Of a stretch of 64,000 nt of DNA, positions 8,737-18,215 are shown in pieces (within the stretch, counting starts at the first letter, position 1; each line of letters opens with the position of its first letter). This DNA comes from Thermoproteota archaeon (GTDB lineage Archaea; Thermoproteota; Thermoprotei; Thermofilales; B9-G17): NCBI GenBank assembly GCA_029258885.1, contig JAPDJW010000002.1:224001-288000 (forward strand), in the 5' to 3' direction. Under the pieces are notes generated by a model, which saw nothing but the letters and a program-made list of their open reading frames with translations, made no database searches and was not told the DNA's origin. A program made the translations under genes and the position numbers.

Positions 8737-9571
8737 ATGATAAATAATCTAAAACTTTTTTCGCTTTTCTTTTAAGCTGTATCATCCTGCATCTGGGAAT
8801 ACCTATGCTCATACTTGGATCAATTTTAGTTAAATCCATTAGGAGGATGATTCCGGAGTCTAAAAGCTTATACATCTCCTCGTTATCGAGGTTCTTTAAG
8901 ATCGACACCGGATATAGGTGACCTTTTCTAATAATATCCTCTATACCTCTACTTTTTGGATATCTCCACGCCATCAGCTTAATTCCCTTACATTCCGCAA
9001 ACCTAATAGCATGTTCAGTAAACTTAGTATTGCATACAATAATAACTCCAGCCGGGTTAATAGTGTGTATTCCCTCCCTAAATCCCTCGACTATATCCAT
9101 ATATTTGGAGAATATTGCCATTACATCCTCAAGTTTAGTATACGTATGAGGATTGGAATGATGCTTAGCCTCAACTATATATACTTCGCCATTACTGTAG
9201 GCTAGCCCGTCCACATCATACTCCAAGCATTTACCTTTAATCATTAAATTAGGTTTAGTTTTAAAGCCTATACTCCTAAGCAGAATTCTAGCATACACTT
9301 CGAAATCAGGCTTAGACCTAAGCCTACCTAGAGCAGAGCGTAGATCAACTATTTCCAGGAATATAGGCTCTACCTTAGCAAGCTCCTCAAAGACTATATC
9401 CAGTAGCTCCCTCGTAGATATGCCATCATACGCACGCCTCTCCACCAGCAGGGAAACTCTACGTGCAACATCATCCGGTACACCAAGTTTAATACAGGTA
9501 TACTCTATCTTCCTTCTATCAAAAGGCTCCCTTCTACCATCACGCTTTAAAACATATTTAACATTAATGAT
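8690..9571 (-). CDS. ATP-cone domain fused to Mrr-like PD-(D/E)xK restriction endonuclease domain; 5' end extends beyond the tracked ORF
   Basis: In-frame upstream of 9445 reads (I)INVKYVLKRDGRREPFDRRKIEYTC (ATP-cone VxKRDG motif). Later YDVDGLA...IVEAKHH nuclease motif. No ATG/GTG/TTG is available for the extended N-terminus. Confidence 0.75.
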   Translation of the reverse strand: MINVKYVLKRDGRREPFDRRKIEYTCIKLGVPDDVARRVSLLVERRAYDGISTRELLDIVFEELAKVEPIFLEIVDLRSALGRLRSKPDFEVYARILLRSIGFKTKPNLMIKGKCLEYDVDGLAYSNGEVYIVEAKHHSNPHTYTKLEDVMAIFSKYMDIVEGFREGIHTINPAGVIIVCNTKFTEHAIRFAECKGIKLMAWRYPKSRGIEDIIRKGHLYPVSILKNLDNEEMYKLLDSGIILLMDLTKIDPSMSIGIPRCRMIQLKRKAKKVLDYLSSSPEISLRRSPELSL

Positions 9572-9802
9572 TCATCACCGCATCAGCCGCCCAACGGCTC
9601 CTCACAACTCAGCCAATTAAAATTTATAGAAAGTGGAAATTAAAGCTTTAATGATCAGATATCCAGCCTGATAGAGCTTAAATTTCCAGTAATTAAAATT
9701 TGTTTAAATATATAACGATTACTAAATTACATAAAAATATTTTAAATTAAAGAAAAAAATAGGGTTAAGAGGATACGCCAAAAATGAATTTAATAAAAAT
9801 GG

Positions 9803-10375
9803 ATGGTCTGCAAAAACGACATATATATATCGAAAAATCATAAAAATTATATTGATATGTGTAGAGAATCTTTATTATTGAGTATTGCCTTAATATTAAT
9901 TCTTGCAATGCCTTTTGTAACATACAGTATACCAACTAATCTATGTGAATGTACTACTGCTGGCGATGATGAGCATTGTGTAGAGGATATTAAGTGTAAC
10001 GAGTATCGTGTTAATTATCCATATCCTAATGTATCATGGGCTGTTGTTTGTGCAAAAGCAAAGCTTTGCTATGCTTATTGTGTGTGTGCATATTGTGAAT
10101 CGCGTAGGGAGTATGGTGGATACTGTGAACCTCTGGGTCCCACAATTTTAAGATATAAAATTAAACGTAAATATGGAGGAATACTAGAGGGTGAAGTGAA
10201 AAGTTCCGCCGCATATCCCGATATAGCATGGATTGTTTCATATTGGGGCTTTGGGCACGAGTGGGCGAAATCCCAGGGAGAGTCCAGTTTTCGAGATAAC
10301 TTTGCTCTTGATCCTCCAGCTAATGAATTCGTTCTAATAACATCTTGGGCATATATTTCTTGCCCGGGTGATTAA
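9803..10375 (+). CDS. Secreted cysteine-rich hypothetical protein (start may be ATG 9857)
   Basis: Hydrophobic signal LLLSIALILILAMPFVTYS followed by about 11 Cys; lies in an AT-rich islet. Confidence 0.7.
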   Translation: MVCKNDIYISKNHKNYIDMCRESLLLSIALILILAMPFVTYSIPTNLCECTTAGDDEHCVEDIKCNEYRVNYPYPNVSWAVVCAKAKLCYAYCVCAYCESRREYGGYCEPLGPTILRYKIKRKYGGILEGEVKSSAAYPDIAWIVSYWGFGHEWAKSQGESSFRDNFALDPPANEFVLITSWAYISCPGD

Positions 10376-10380
10376 AAGTC

Positions 10381-11496
10381 ATGAAAATAGGAGTAAAGTA
10401 TATTATAAGGTTAATAGCCATAGCATTAGTATTCTGCTTATTTATCAATACTATTAAGATTGTTTCCGCATATTACTCGGGTGTCCCTCATTGGCTTAGA
10501 GAGGGGGCCTACGCTATCTACAAAATAGAGCACATAAGTGAAATAATGTTCTTAAATGGTACATGGATGGATTTCCGTCCACCCACAAGGTCGGGTTATT
10601 TAAAGTGGTCTGTGGATAAAGTGGTCGGCGACTATGCCCATATAACCGTAGAGCTTCATATAGAGCTTAATAACACTAAGGTAGTGGAGTATAGGGGTTT
10701 TGAGGTACCGCTTCAGGAAGTCGGGAGCAGACTCATTAAAAGTGGTGTAATAAACCTTAAGGCTAATGTGAAGGTTAACGTTAAGACTAGGGATGTGTAC
10801 TTGAATGGTGTAAAGGTTGGTAGAACTGGCTTCTGGCTTCCGTTAGGCTCCCTATATAACGGCTCGAGTATAAGGCCTGGTGAGGTGTTTAATCATCCTC
10901 AAGTTAGGGTTGTGCTTAGGGGACCTATATCACTAAAATATGGTGATGAAGGCTGGTTTTACGTATATACCCCCGAAATAGACCCTAATGACAGCATGTA
11001 TGTTCTCTGCATACACGTAAATATGGTGAATGCTACGCTGGGCTATAAGCAGAAATTTGAGGGGTACGATTTCGAGGTGGTTAATGTAACATACGTCCCC
11101 GAGCGTAACGTAACAATTGTTGCAGTTAGGTGGTACTTTGAGAAGGATGCTATAACTATAATAGGAACAGAACTGAAGGGTAATTATGAGAATAAACCGT
11201 TTAACTGGGAGTTTATAATCAAGAATATTCGAGGTCCTAGCGGACGTTACTACTATGATCCAACTTCAGGACTTGCATTAATAGCTGAAATAGGAAGAGC
11301 GGGAGAGATCTGCGTGGGAGGCGATGGTTTAACGGCAGGACTAGGATTAAGGGTATTTGATGGAGTGCTGATATTATCTAGCACAAATATTCCCTTAATA
11401 CAAAACGAAATCTTCCAGTTCGCCGTTATCAGCGGGGCGATAATAGCTACAATAATCATAGATAGAAGGATCACAGTGAGGAGATCAGTAAATTAA
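10381..11496 (+). CDS. Secreted/surface protein with C-terminal membrane anchor
   Basis: N-terminal signal peptide, PHWLREGAYAIYKI motif, beta-rich body, C-terminal TM plus basic tail. Confidence 0.8.
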   Translation: MKIGVKYIIRLIAIALVFCLFINTIKIVSAYYSGVPHWLREGAYAIYKIEHISEIMFLNGTWMDFRPPTRSGYLKWSVDKVVGDYAHITVELHIELNNTKVVEYRGFEVPLQEVGSRLIKSGVINLKANVKVNVKTRDVYLNGVKVGRTGFWLPLGSLYNGSSIRPGEVFNHPQVRVVLRGPISLKYGDEGWFYVYTPEIDPNDSMYVLCIHVNMVNATLGYKQKFEGYDFEVVNVTYVPERNVTIVAVRWYFEKDAITIIGTELKGNYENKPFNWEFIIKNIRGPSGRYYYDPTSGLALIAEIGRAGEICVGGDGLTAGLGLRVFDGVLILSSTNIPLIQNEIFQFAVISGAIIATIIIDRRITVRRSVN

Positions 11497-11616
11497 TAAA
11501 ATAATTTTTAATTTTTTATTTTAATATGCCAACTTTACCTACATTTACAATCGGCGGTTTGTCGTTGCGATTAAATTTATAGAGAGAGGAAAATTAAAAC
11601 TTAACTCGTGAGTTAA

Positions 11617-12372
11617 ATGTTTGATCCAATAGAGCTTACCGAGAAGATACGTGAGCTTGTAGTCCGCGGCAATATGAGGAAGTACTATAGGGTTGCTAGG
11701 GGAGGAAGGTGGTATGGAGGAATAAGTACTGCCGACTGCGTTGGATGTAATCTAAAGTGCGTCTTCTGCTGGAGCGGGCGCCCTAGGGATAGGCCGGATA
11801 AGGTCGGAAGATTCTACACGCCAGAGCAGATATTTAGTGCTCTGGATAGAGTGGCTAGAAGGAGAGGATATAGGCTGCTAAGAGTTAGTGGAAACGAGCC
11901 AACTATAGGGAAGAGACACCTATTGGAGCTGCTCGAGTTTGTAGAGCAGTCCAACTACCAGTTCATACTGGAGACTAACGGCATATTAATAGGATACGAT
12001 AAAAGCTATGCTAAAGCTTTATCCAAGTACAGTAGAGTGCACGTTAGAGTATCCCTAAAGGGGACGTCTGAGGACGAGTTCTCCAGGCTTACTGGTGCAA
12101 AGCCTGAGTTCTTCAGCTATCAGCTGAAGGCTCTTGAAAACCTCCTAGACTATGGAGTTAGTTGTCATCCAGCTGTAATGTTATCGTTCTCAACAAAAGG
12201 TAGCCTAAGGAAGCTGTTGTTTAGGCTTGAGGAAATAGATAGGGTTTTAGTTGAGGATTTTGAGGAGGAGTACGTGTTCCTTTATCCGCACGTTGTCGAA
12301 AGACTGAAGAAGGCTGGAATAAAGCCATTGATAGCTTTTTCTCCAAATAATATCCCTAAGGAGCTAATCTAG
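11617..12372 (+). CDS. Radical SAM protein, function unknown
   Basis: CNLKCVFC (CxxxCxxC), RVSGNEP and LETNG motifs. Confidence 0.9.
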   Translation: MFDPIELTEKIRELVVRGNMRKYYRVARGGRWYGGISTADCVGCNLKCVFCWSGRPRDRPDKVGRFYTPEQIFSALDRVARRRGYRLLRVSGNEPTIGKRHLLELLEFVEQSNYQFILETNGILIGYDKSYAKALSKYSRVHVRVSLKGTSEDEFSRLTGAKPEFFSYQLKALENLLDYGVSCHPAVMLSFSTKGSLRKLLFRLEEIDRVLVEDFEEEYVFLYPHVVERLKKAGIKPLIAFSPNNIPKELI

Positions 12373-14586
12373 CCTTTTCCTTGTATGGAAGATAAACCTT
12401 ACATTAATCTTTTTAGTGAATTTCGCCCTTGCTTTTAAAGCTGTATCATCATACTGCATCAGAATGTCTCCTTCAAAATCGTCATCATACACGTGGTACG
12501 CGTATTCTCCTGCCTTCTCCGGCTCGTATATATGTACCACTAGCCTCCCTACGGGATGCTCACCGATGTAGTTCGGTGCCTTGTCTAGCATTGGTACTAT
12601 TGCCCCAGCCCTAACGTATATAGGCATCTTGTTTAATGGCGCCTCGACACGTAGCCATCTTCCACCTCTAATCACCTTATCGCTCCAGAAGTCGTACCAT
12701 AGTCCTTCAGGCAGATAAACGTCACTCTCGCACTCCCTGTTCATGACGGGAGCTACAAGCATAAACCTGCCGAAATAGAATTCATAATCGATATTTTTAA
12801 CCGCAGGATCCCTCGGATGCACAGTTACGAGGGGCTTAACCAGCGGCTCGCCAACATCAACACAGTACTTTGCCTCAGAGTATATGTAGGGAAGCAGCCT
12901 ATACCTCAGTTCAATAAATTTCTTAGCTATAACTTCAGCTTCCACGCCGTACTCCCAAGGCTCCCTAGGAGAGGTACCGTGAGCCCTCGAGTGAGATACA
13001 AACAATCCTGCCTGAAGCCATCTGACGTAGAGGTCGGGGTCAGGCTTGCCTATAAATCCGCCTATATCGAAGGATGAGAAAACAGCTCCGCTACACGAAT
13101 AGCTTAACACGCCCCTTACTGATGTATACAGGTCCTGCCACGTCGAATAAGTATCCCCACCCCACTGGACGGGATACTTCTGTATTCCCGTATATCCCGA
13201 CCTACCCCAGACCAGCCCAACGCCATATACCTCTTCAACTGCTTCATAGACCGTAGATTGATAGAGTAGTGGATACAGGTTATGCATCTTCTCCCCCTCC
13301 TCACCGTTCGAATATACGGCATCAGCAGGCGCAGCTTCACCGTAATCCGACTTAAAGACGGCAACGCCCATCTTAAGCAACTCCTTAAGTTTATCCTTAA
13401 GGAACTCCCTAGCTTCAGGCATAGTTAAGTCTAAAAGCCCAGCACCAAGCTTCTTCTGACAACATTGGTCGGGAGTAGCTATGCTTCCATCTCTCCTCTT
13501 CAATAATAGTCCTCTCTCACAAGCCTCATTAAACAGCTTGCTTCCAGGCTCTAGGTATGGATTAATCCATAAACACAGTTTAAACCCCATTTCCTTTAAC
13601 TCGTTAATCATCCGCTGGGGATCCGGGAACTCCTGTCTATCCCACTCAAGGCATATAACGTCGTTTCTAAGCCTCCTCCAGACACCCATCCAAGGTGGAT
13701 CGATGTGTATAACATCACATGGAATATTCTTCTCCCTAAACTTTCTGGCTACCTCAAGCACCTCCTTCTGGTTCATGTAGGAGCATCTACTAATCCAGAA
13801 CCCAAAGCTCCACTTAGGGGGAAGCCTAGGCCATCCAGACACCCTATAATACTTCCTTATGATGCCCAAGGGATCGTCGTCCAGAAATAGGTAGTAGTCA
13901 AGCTTTTCATCCCTAACTACAATAGTTAAAATACCGTAGTGGAAGTGTCCAACGTCAAAGTAGCTTGGAGCAGACGTATTAAGCAGAATGCCGTAGCCCC
14001 TAGTACTCCAGATAAAGGGTATCGGTATGTACGTTGAAATGCTTGGCGTACATGGACTATCCACGCTATAACAGTAGAATTCTTGGCCACGCTTATTTAA
14101 TGGACCGAAGTTCTCTCCAAGACCATAGAGGGCTTCATCATTCTCAAGATATAGCGATAAAGTCCAGACTTCACCCTTAACTGTACGTCCGAGGCCTGTG
14201 GAGCTTACCCTAAAGCCGTACATAGGTATATGTTCTCCATTAAACCCACATTCCCTTAATATCAGCCTATCTCCCTTAGTGACCATGAGCCTGAAGGGTT
14301 TAAACGATACCCTAACCGTATAATCTCCGAGGCTAATATCGTATGTTTCCCTATCAGCATTCTCCTCAAACTGTCCCTTAAATTTCTCAATAGTAATCCT
14401 TAGTATCCCTTCATCCACCTTTCTCAGAAACACCCTAGCATCATAGTCCAAGTCCTTAAGCTCCACTATAAACATGTAGCTTCCTGAATCTATACTGTAT
14501 CTTAAAACCTTGTCCAATGGAAATATTTCAGTTGGCTCGAAATAGCTTCTCGGGATAAGCCTATTTGGATAGAAATATGATCTCAT
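12364..14586 (-). CDS. Glycoside hydrolase family 31 (alpha-xylosidase/alpha-glucosidase-like)
   Basis: YGLGENFG, PPKWSFGFW, FKSDYGE (nucleophile Asp), QWGGDT (acid/base Asp), DIGGF, RWLQAG, WYDFW. Confidence 0.93.
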   Translation of the reverse strand: MRSYFYPNRLIPRSYFEPTEIFPLDKVLRYSIDSGSYMFIVELKDLDYDARVFLRKVDEGILRITIEKFKGQFEENADRETYDISLGDYTVRVSFKPFRLMVTKGDRLILRECGFNGEHIPMYGFRVSSTGLGRTVKGEVWTLSLYLENDEALYGLGENFGPLNKRGQEFYCYSVDSPCTPSISTYIPIPFIWSTRGYGILLNTSAPSYFDVGHFHYGILTIVVRDEKLDYYLFLDDDPLGIIRKYYRVSGWPRLPPKWSFGFWISRCSYMNQKEVLEVARKFREKNIPCDVIHIDPPWMGVWRRLRNDVICLEWDRQEFPDPQRMINELKEMGFKLCLWINPYLEPGSKLFNEACERGLLLKRRDGSIATPDQCCQKKLGAGLLDLTMPEAREFLKDKLKELLKMGVAVFKSDYGEAAPADAVYSNGEEGEKMHNLYPLLYQSTVYEAVEEVYGVGLVWGRSGYTGIQKYPVQWGGDTYSTWQDLYTSVRGVLSYSCSGAVFSSFDIGGFIGKPDPDLYVRWLQAGLFVSHSRAHGTSPREPWEYGVEAEVIAKKFIELRYRLLPYIYSEAKYCVDVGEPLVKPLVTVHPRDPAVKNIDYEFYFGRFMLVAPVMNRECESDVYLPEGLWYDFWSDKVIRGGRWLRVEAPLNKMPIYVRAGAIVPMLDKAPNYIGEHPVGRLVVHIYEPEKAGEYAYHVYDDDFEGDILMQYDDTALKARAKFTKKINVRFIFHTRKRLD

Positions 14587-14606
14587 AATAGCATTAACTG
14601 TCGATA

Positions 14607-15251
14607 ATGTATAAAAAGCTATTACCTAAATTAAGATACGTGAGAATAATAGTTGCATCATCCTCCAAGAATAGAGTGACGTTGCTGAGAAGTATAGGAC
14701 TATATTTTATAGAATTCGTGGATAGCGGCGTTAAGGAGAGCAGTGACAGCGATAGTCCGTATAAAATAGCTGTTAATAACGCCTTAAGGAAGGCTAAAGC
14801 AGTAGCGGCTAAAGTAAAGGACGCTATAGTCATAGGAGTTGATACCATAGTATACATTAATGGTGAGGTCTTAGGGAAGCCTAAAAGCGTAGAGGAAGCT
14901 GAGGATATGCTCAGGAAGCTACGTGGACGAAAACATAAGGTTATCTCCGGAATTGCTATTATTGACAGCGATACGGGAAGGCTTGTAACAGACTATGAGG
15001 AAACAACAGTCTATGTTAAGGAGTTATCTGATGAAGCGATTAAAAACTACGTATTAACGGGAGAACCTCTAGGCAAGGCTGGAGGCTACGGTATTCAAGG
15101 ATTAGGTTCGTTCATAATAGATAGAATAGAGGGTTGCTACTATAATGTCGTAGGCTTTCCACTAACTAAAGTAAACGATATTCTAGTTAAACATTTCAAT
15201 ATAGATCTTATCAAGGAATATCTAAGACATACAGGAAGGAATCCTATTTAA
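14607..15251 (+). CDS. maf: Maf family nucleoside triphosphate pyrophosphatase
   Basis: ASSSKNRVTLL, IGVDTIV, GKPKS, GKAGGYGIQG, GCYYNVVGFP. Confidence 0.92.
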   Translation: MYKKLLPKLRYVRIIVASSSKNRVTLLRSIGLYFIEFVDSGVKESSDSDSPYKIAVNNALRKAKAVAAKVKDAIVIGVDTIVYINGEVLGKPKSVEEAEDMLRKLRGRKHKVISGIAIIDSDTGRLVTDYEETTVYVKELSDEAIKNYVLTGEPLGKAGGYGIQGLGSFIIDRIEGCYYNVVGFPLTKVNDILVKHFNIDLIKEYLRHTGRNPI

Positions 15252-16739
15252 TGCATCAAGTCCATTTACTTCTTCTAAATATAAGTACTTTGATAGCGCA
15301 TTCCTATACCTCTTGTACCTACTATCAGCTAGGAGTATGAGGGGTTTGGCGTCGGGTGTACGTGTTGCACGGCCTATGCACTGTAGCGTGGTTATAAGCA
15401 TGGGTATCTCCGCCGCCAACATCCAGGGATTGCTGAAGCCAGCCTTCCTGTATATACTTTCAAGCCTACCTATAATCTCGGGAGGCATGAAGGGGCATCC
15501 CAGCATGACTATACAGTCACACGGTATATCGACACCCTCGCTAAATCTGCCGCGTGCCCTAAGCAGTATGAGTCCCTCAAGTCCCTCGACTTTCTCGGGC
15601 TCATAGTAGTCACACCTATTTTTAAAATATCTTAGAATTCTATCGGCTCCAAAAACCACTATTTTCCTAAAGTATTTTCTCAGTGTGAAAAGCAACCTAC
15701 CATACTCATCAATAGTCTCCTCCCCATACCTACTAGTAACCCAATCCAAGACATACGCTGGCCTTCTAACGGGAGGAACCTCGACGACTCTGACGTCACC
15801 TATAAGCTTATTTAATTCATTTATCCATGTACCCGAAGCCATTATAAACGGCGATGGAACGAAGGGGTTAAAATGTTTAATACCCTTAAGATACTCTCCT
15901 TCGAGATATATTACCTTACACCTAGCCAGCCTTATAAAGTTCTTTAACTCAACGAGAAGCCCTTCGGGTGCGCCGTTTTCTATCGAGTATATGAGCGCTG
16001 CTTTCATAGCATTTAAATCCTCCTCGTCAAAAGCGCTGTTAATAACCCCTCCTCCGTAATCTAAAGCTCTACGCTTTATCCTCCTAATTTTCTCAAGAGT
16101 ATATTTCTCTGTAAAGGGATACCTTTCCAGCATAACTTCAACATCGTCCAATACGGATACGTGAATCCTTACCTCCTTAGGCAACCACAGGTTATGAGCC
16201 TCATCAACCACGAATATCCTGAATATTCTCCCACGACGTCTATTGTAGTTCTGGACGACTATATCGCAGTCAAAGATATCCTGGGCATAGTAGGGGCAGA
16301 AGCCCATATCCTCCCCCATACGCCTAATAGTCATCCAGTCAACCGTAAGCCTATTATCCAAGGGATTTACGATGTTCTCAAATAATCCTCTAAAAAACCT
16401 ACAATTTAGCTTCTTAAGCCTACAGACCTCATCGGCTAAATCCCTCCTCTTAGCGAGAATACACATCCTATTTCTTCCAGCAGCAATTATTGTCCTAAGC
16501 CCAGCCTTAGTTGCATCCTCAGCTATACGAAAACCTATCGAAAGAGAACGTACGAGCCACAGCGCTGGAAACATCCTAGTAGCCATGAGAGCGGCAATAA
16601 TAGTTAATGTCTTACCCCAGCCGGTCGGAGCACTTAACACAACCTTTGAGTGTTCTATTAATAGTTGCGTTAACTTCTGAAACGCCTCCACCTGTCCGGG
16701 TCTTGGATCTACTCCCTTAATAGGCCATTTTCCAGCCAT
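15222..16739 (-). CDS. XPD/Rad3/DinG-like Fe-S helicase (short, 505 aa)
   Basis: Q-motif RPGQ, APTGWGKT, four Cys including CPYY, VVDEAHN, GRFSEGVD, QCIGRATR, LADSRY. Confidence 0.85.
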   Translation of the reverse strand: MAGKWPIKGVDPRPGQVEAFQKLTQLLIEHSKVVLSAPTGWGKTLTIIAALMATRMFPALWLVRSLSIGFRIAEDATKAGLRTIIAAGRNRMCILAKRRDLADEVCRLKKLNCRFFRGLFENIVNPLDNRLTVDWMTIRRMGEDMGFCPYYAQDIFDCDIVVQNYNRRRGRIFRIFVVDEAHNLWLPKEVRIHVSVLDDVEVMLERYPFTEKYTLEKIRRIKRRALDYGGGVINSAFDEEDLNAMKAALIYSIENGAPEGLLVELKNFIRLARCKVIYLEGEYLKGIKHFNPFVPSPFIMASGTWINELNKLIGDVRVVEVPPVRRPAYVLDWVTSRYGEETIDEYGRLLFTLRKYFRKIVVFGADRILRYFKNRCDYYEPEKVEGLEGLILLRARGRFSEGVDIPCDCIVMLGCPFMPPEIIGRLESIYRKAGFSNPWMLAAEIPMLITTLQCIGRATRTPDAKPLILLADSRYKRYRNALSKYLYLEEVNGLDALNRIPSCMS

Positions 16740-16790
16740 CCATATAACATTATCAAAAAGTTTAAAGGTAATGGTAAATTAGGATAATCT

Positions 16791-17069
16791 ATGGATAAGA
16801 AAAGGGTACACATCTACGTAAGTGGTAGAGTTCAGGGAGTAGGCTTCAGATTCTTCACAATTAGAGTAGCTAAAGACTTAAATCTGAAGGGCTTCGTAAA
16901 AAACCTCCCCAACGGAAGGGTTGAAATCGTAGCAGAGGGAGATGCGGAATCTCTTGCAAGGCTGATTGAAGCTGTCAGAAGAGGACCTAGGTTAGCTAGG
17001 GTCGATAATATAGAGGTAAAGTGGGAAACCCCCACGGGAGAATTTAAAGGGTTCTATATAGAGTGGTAG
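16791..17069 (+). CDS. acyP: Acylphosphatase
   Basis: VSGRVQGVGFR and GFVKNLPNGRVE signatures. Confidence 0.95.
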   Translation: MDKKRVHIYVSGRVQGVGFRFFTIRVAKDLNLKGFVKNLPNGRVEIVAEGDAESLARLIEAVRRGPRLARVDNIEVKWETPTGEFKGFYIEW

Positions 17070-17344
17070 CAATGGAAAATTGTTTCAGCGACTACGCACG
17101 TAACTTAATTATAGAGCTCCTTGAAAATATCGACGTATATTTCTCATATGATATATTAAATTCTGAGGGAAGGAAGATATTCAGCAGGTTAGCATATGAA
17201 ATACTGAAAAGCCGCCCAGAATATAAAAAGTATATAGGTAGAGTATGGAGGAAGCCGACCCTAAATAACGTCCTAAAAGTAGCTGAGCTAATACTCGGAG
17301 AGGAACTATATAAGGTCTACATGAAAAACTATGTCCAATTCTAG
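17063..17344 (+). CDS. Hypothetical protein
   Basis: 93-aa ORF overlapping both neighbours in an operon-like arrangement. Confidence 0.7.
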   Translation: MVAMENCFSDYARNLIIELLENIDVYFSYDILNSEGRKIFSRLAYEILKSRPEYKKYIGRVWRKPTLNNVLKVAELILGEELYKVYMKNYVQF

Positions 17345-18215
17345 GAGAATAAAGATAGGAAAGTGGTCGCTATACCTATCAATATGGCCCTCCTTCATAT
17401 ATCCACTATTTAGAGTAGATGGAGAAAAATGGATAAAGGAGTACGGATGCCATAAAGGCGAGGTTTTCTGGCTTGATGACGAATACCTAGTATACAGTAG
17501 CGAGGAGGCTCTATATTGGAGTGGGGCATGGTTTAATAAGAGCGAGATACTGAATAGGCTACGCGGCAAGTATAGGGAAATTGCAGGCAGATTCCTTAAA
17601 ATGTATGGACATGTAGGTCTCTCCATCAGCAGATGCGACGATCACCTCATTTTCATAGCAATATTCCTCTCAAGGCGAACGAGCTGGGAGATAAACACTA
17701 TAAGATGGTGTAAAGCTATCTTTTCAGTAACTGATGATCCATTTAAGCTAGCTGAATTAAAGCCATTTAATGTAGCCCGCAGTTACCAGCTTAAACAATT
17801 ACATACAGCATATGAAGCATACCTTGAGAGAATATATGGAAGAAGCTTTAAGCCCGAAGCCCTAAGAAAGGAGCTAATGAAAATACCATACGTTGGACCG
17901 AAGACTGCGGACGCATACCTCCTATTCACCGGAAGCGATGTATCAGCCGTGCCAATAGATGTCCATCTAGTCAAAATGATTAAAAGACTTAATTTAGCCA
18001 AAAACTTCACGCTACCCAACAAGAGCAAGTGTATAACCTATGGATGTAACAGCTGTCCTATAGCTGATAGATGCATCAAAAATATACTAAGCATGAAATT
18101 CGGCAAGCTTGCGGGATGGATACAGACAGTCATCTACATCCACGATAACTTGTACTGTTCAAAGCATAAGTGTCAATTCTGTACGTTAAATAAGTACTGT
18201 GGAAGCTTACCCTAA
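17331..18215 (+). CDS. HhH-GPD superfamily DNA glycosylase-like protein
   Basis: LMKIPYVGPKTAD (HhH), PIDVH (catalytic Asp region), two Cys4 clusters. Confidence 0.8.
   Translation: MSNSRRIKIGKWSLYLSIWPSFIYPLFRVDGEKWIKEYGCHKGEVFWLDDEYLVYSSEEALYWSGAWFNKSEILNRLRGKYREIAGRFLKMYGHVGLSISRCDDHLIFIAIFLSRRTSWEINTIRWCKAIFSVTDDPFKLAELKPFNVARSYQLKQLHTAYEAYLERIYGRSFKPEALRKELMKIPYVGPKTADAYLLFTGSDVSAVPIDVHLVKMIKRLNLAKNFTLPNKSKCITYGCNSCPIADRCIKNILSMKFGKLAGWIQTVIYIHDNLYCSKHKCQFCTLNKYCGSLP

Noticed and set aside
11601-11616. TTAACTC-GT-GAGTTAA palindrome at the radical SAM start
   Set aside because: AT-rich single occurrence with no cognate regulator nearby; could be an operator but cannot be supported.
11617-12372. 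Radical SAM protein as the NrdG activase
   Set aside because: It is 6.7 kb from nrdD, longer than typical NrdG and has no specific NrdG features beyond CxxxCxxC; cannot be assigned.
15222-16739. DinG-like helicase as part of a type IV CRISPR or defence system
   Set aside because: No cas or defence genes nearby; Fe-S cysteines and context fit an XPD/Rad3-like repair helicase.
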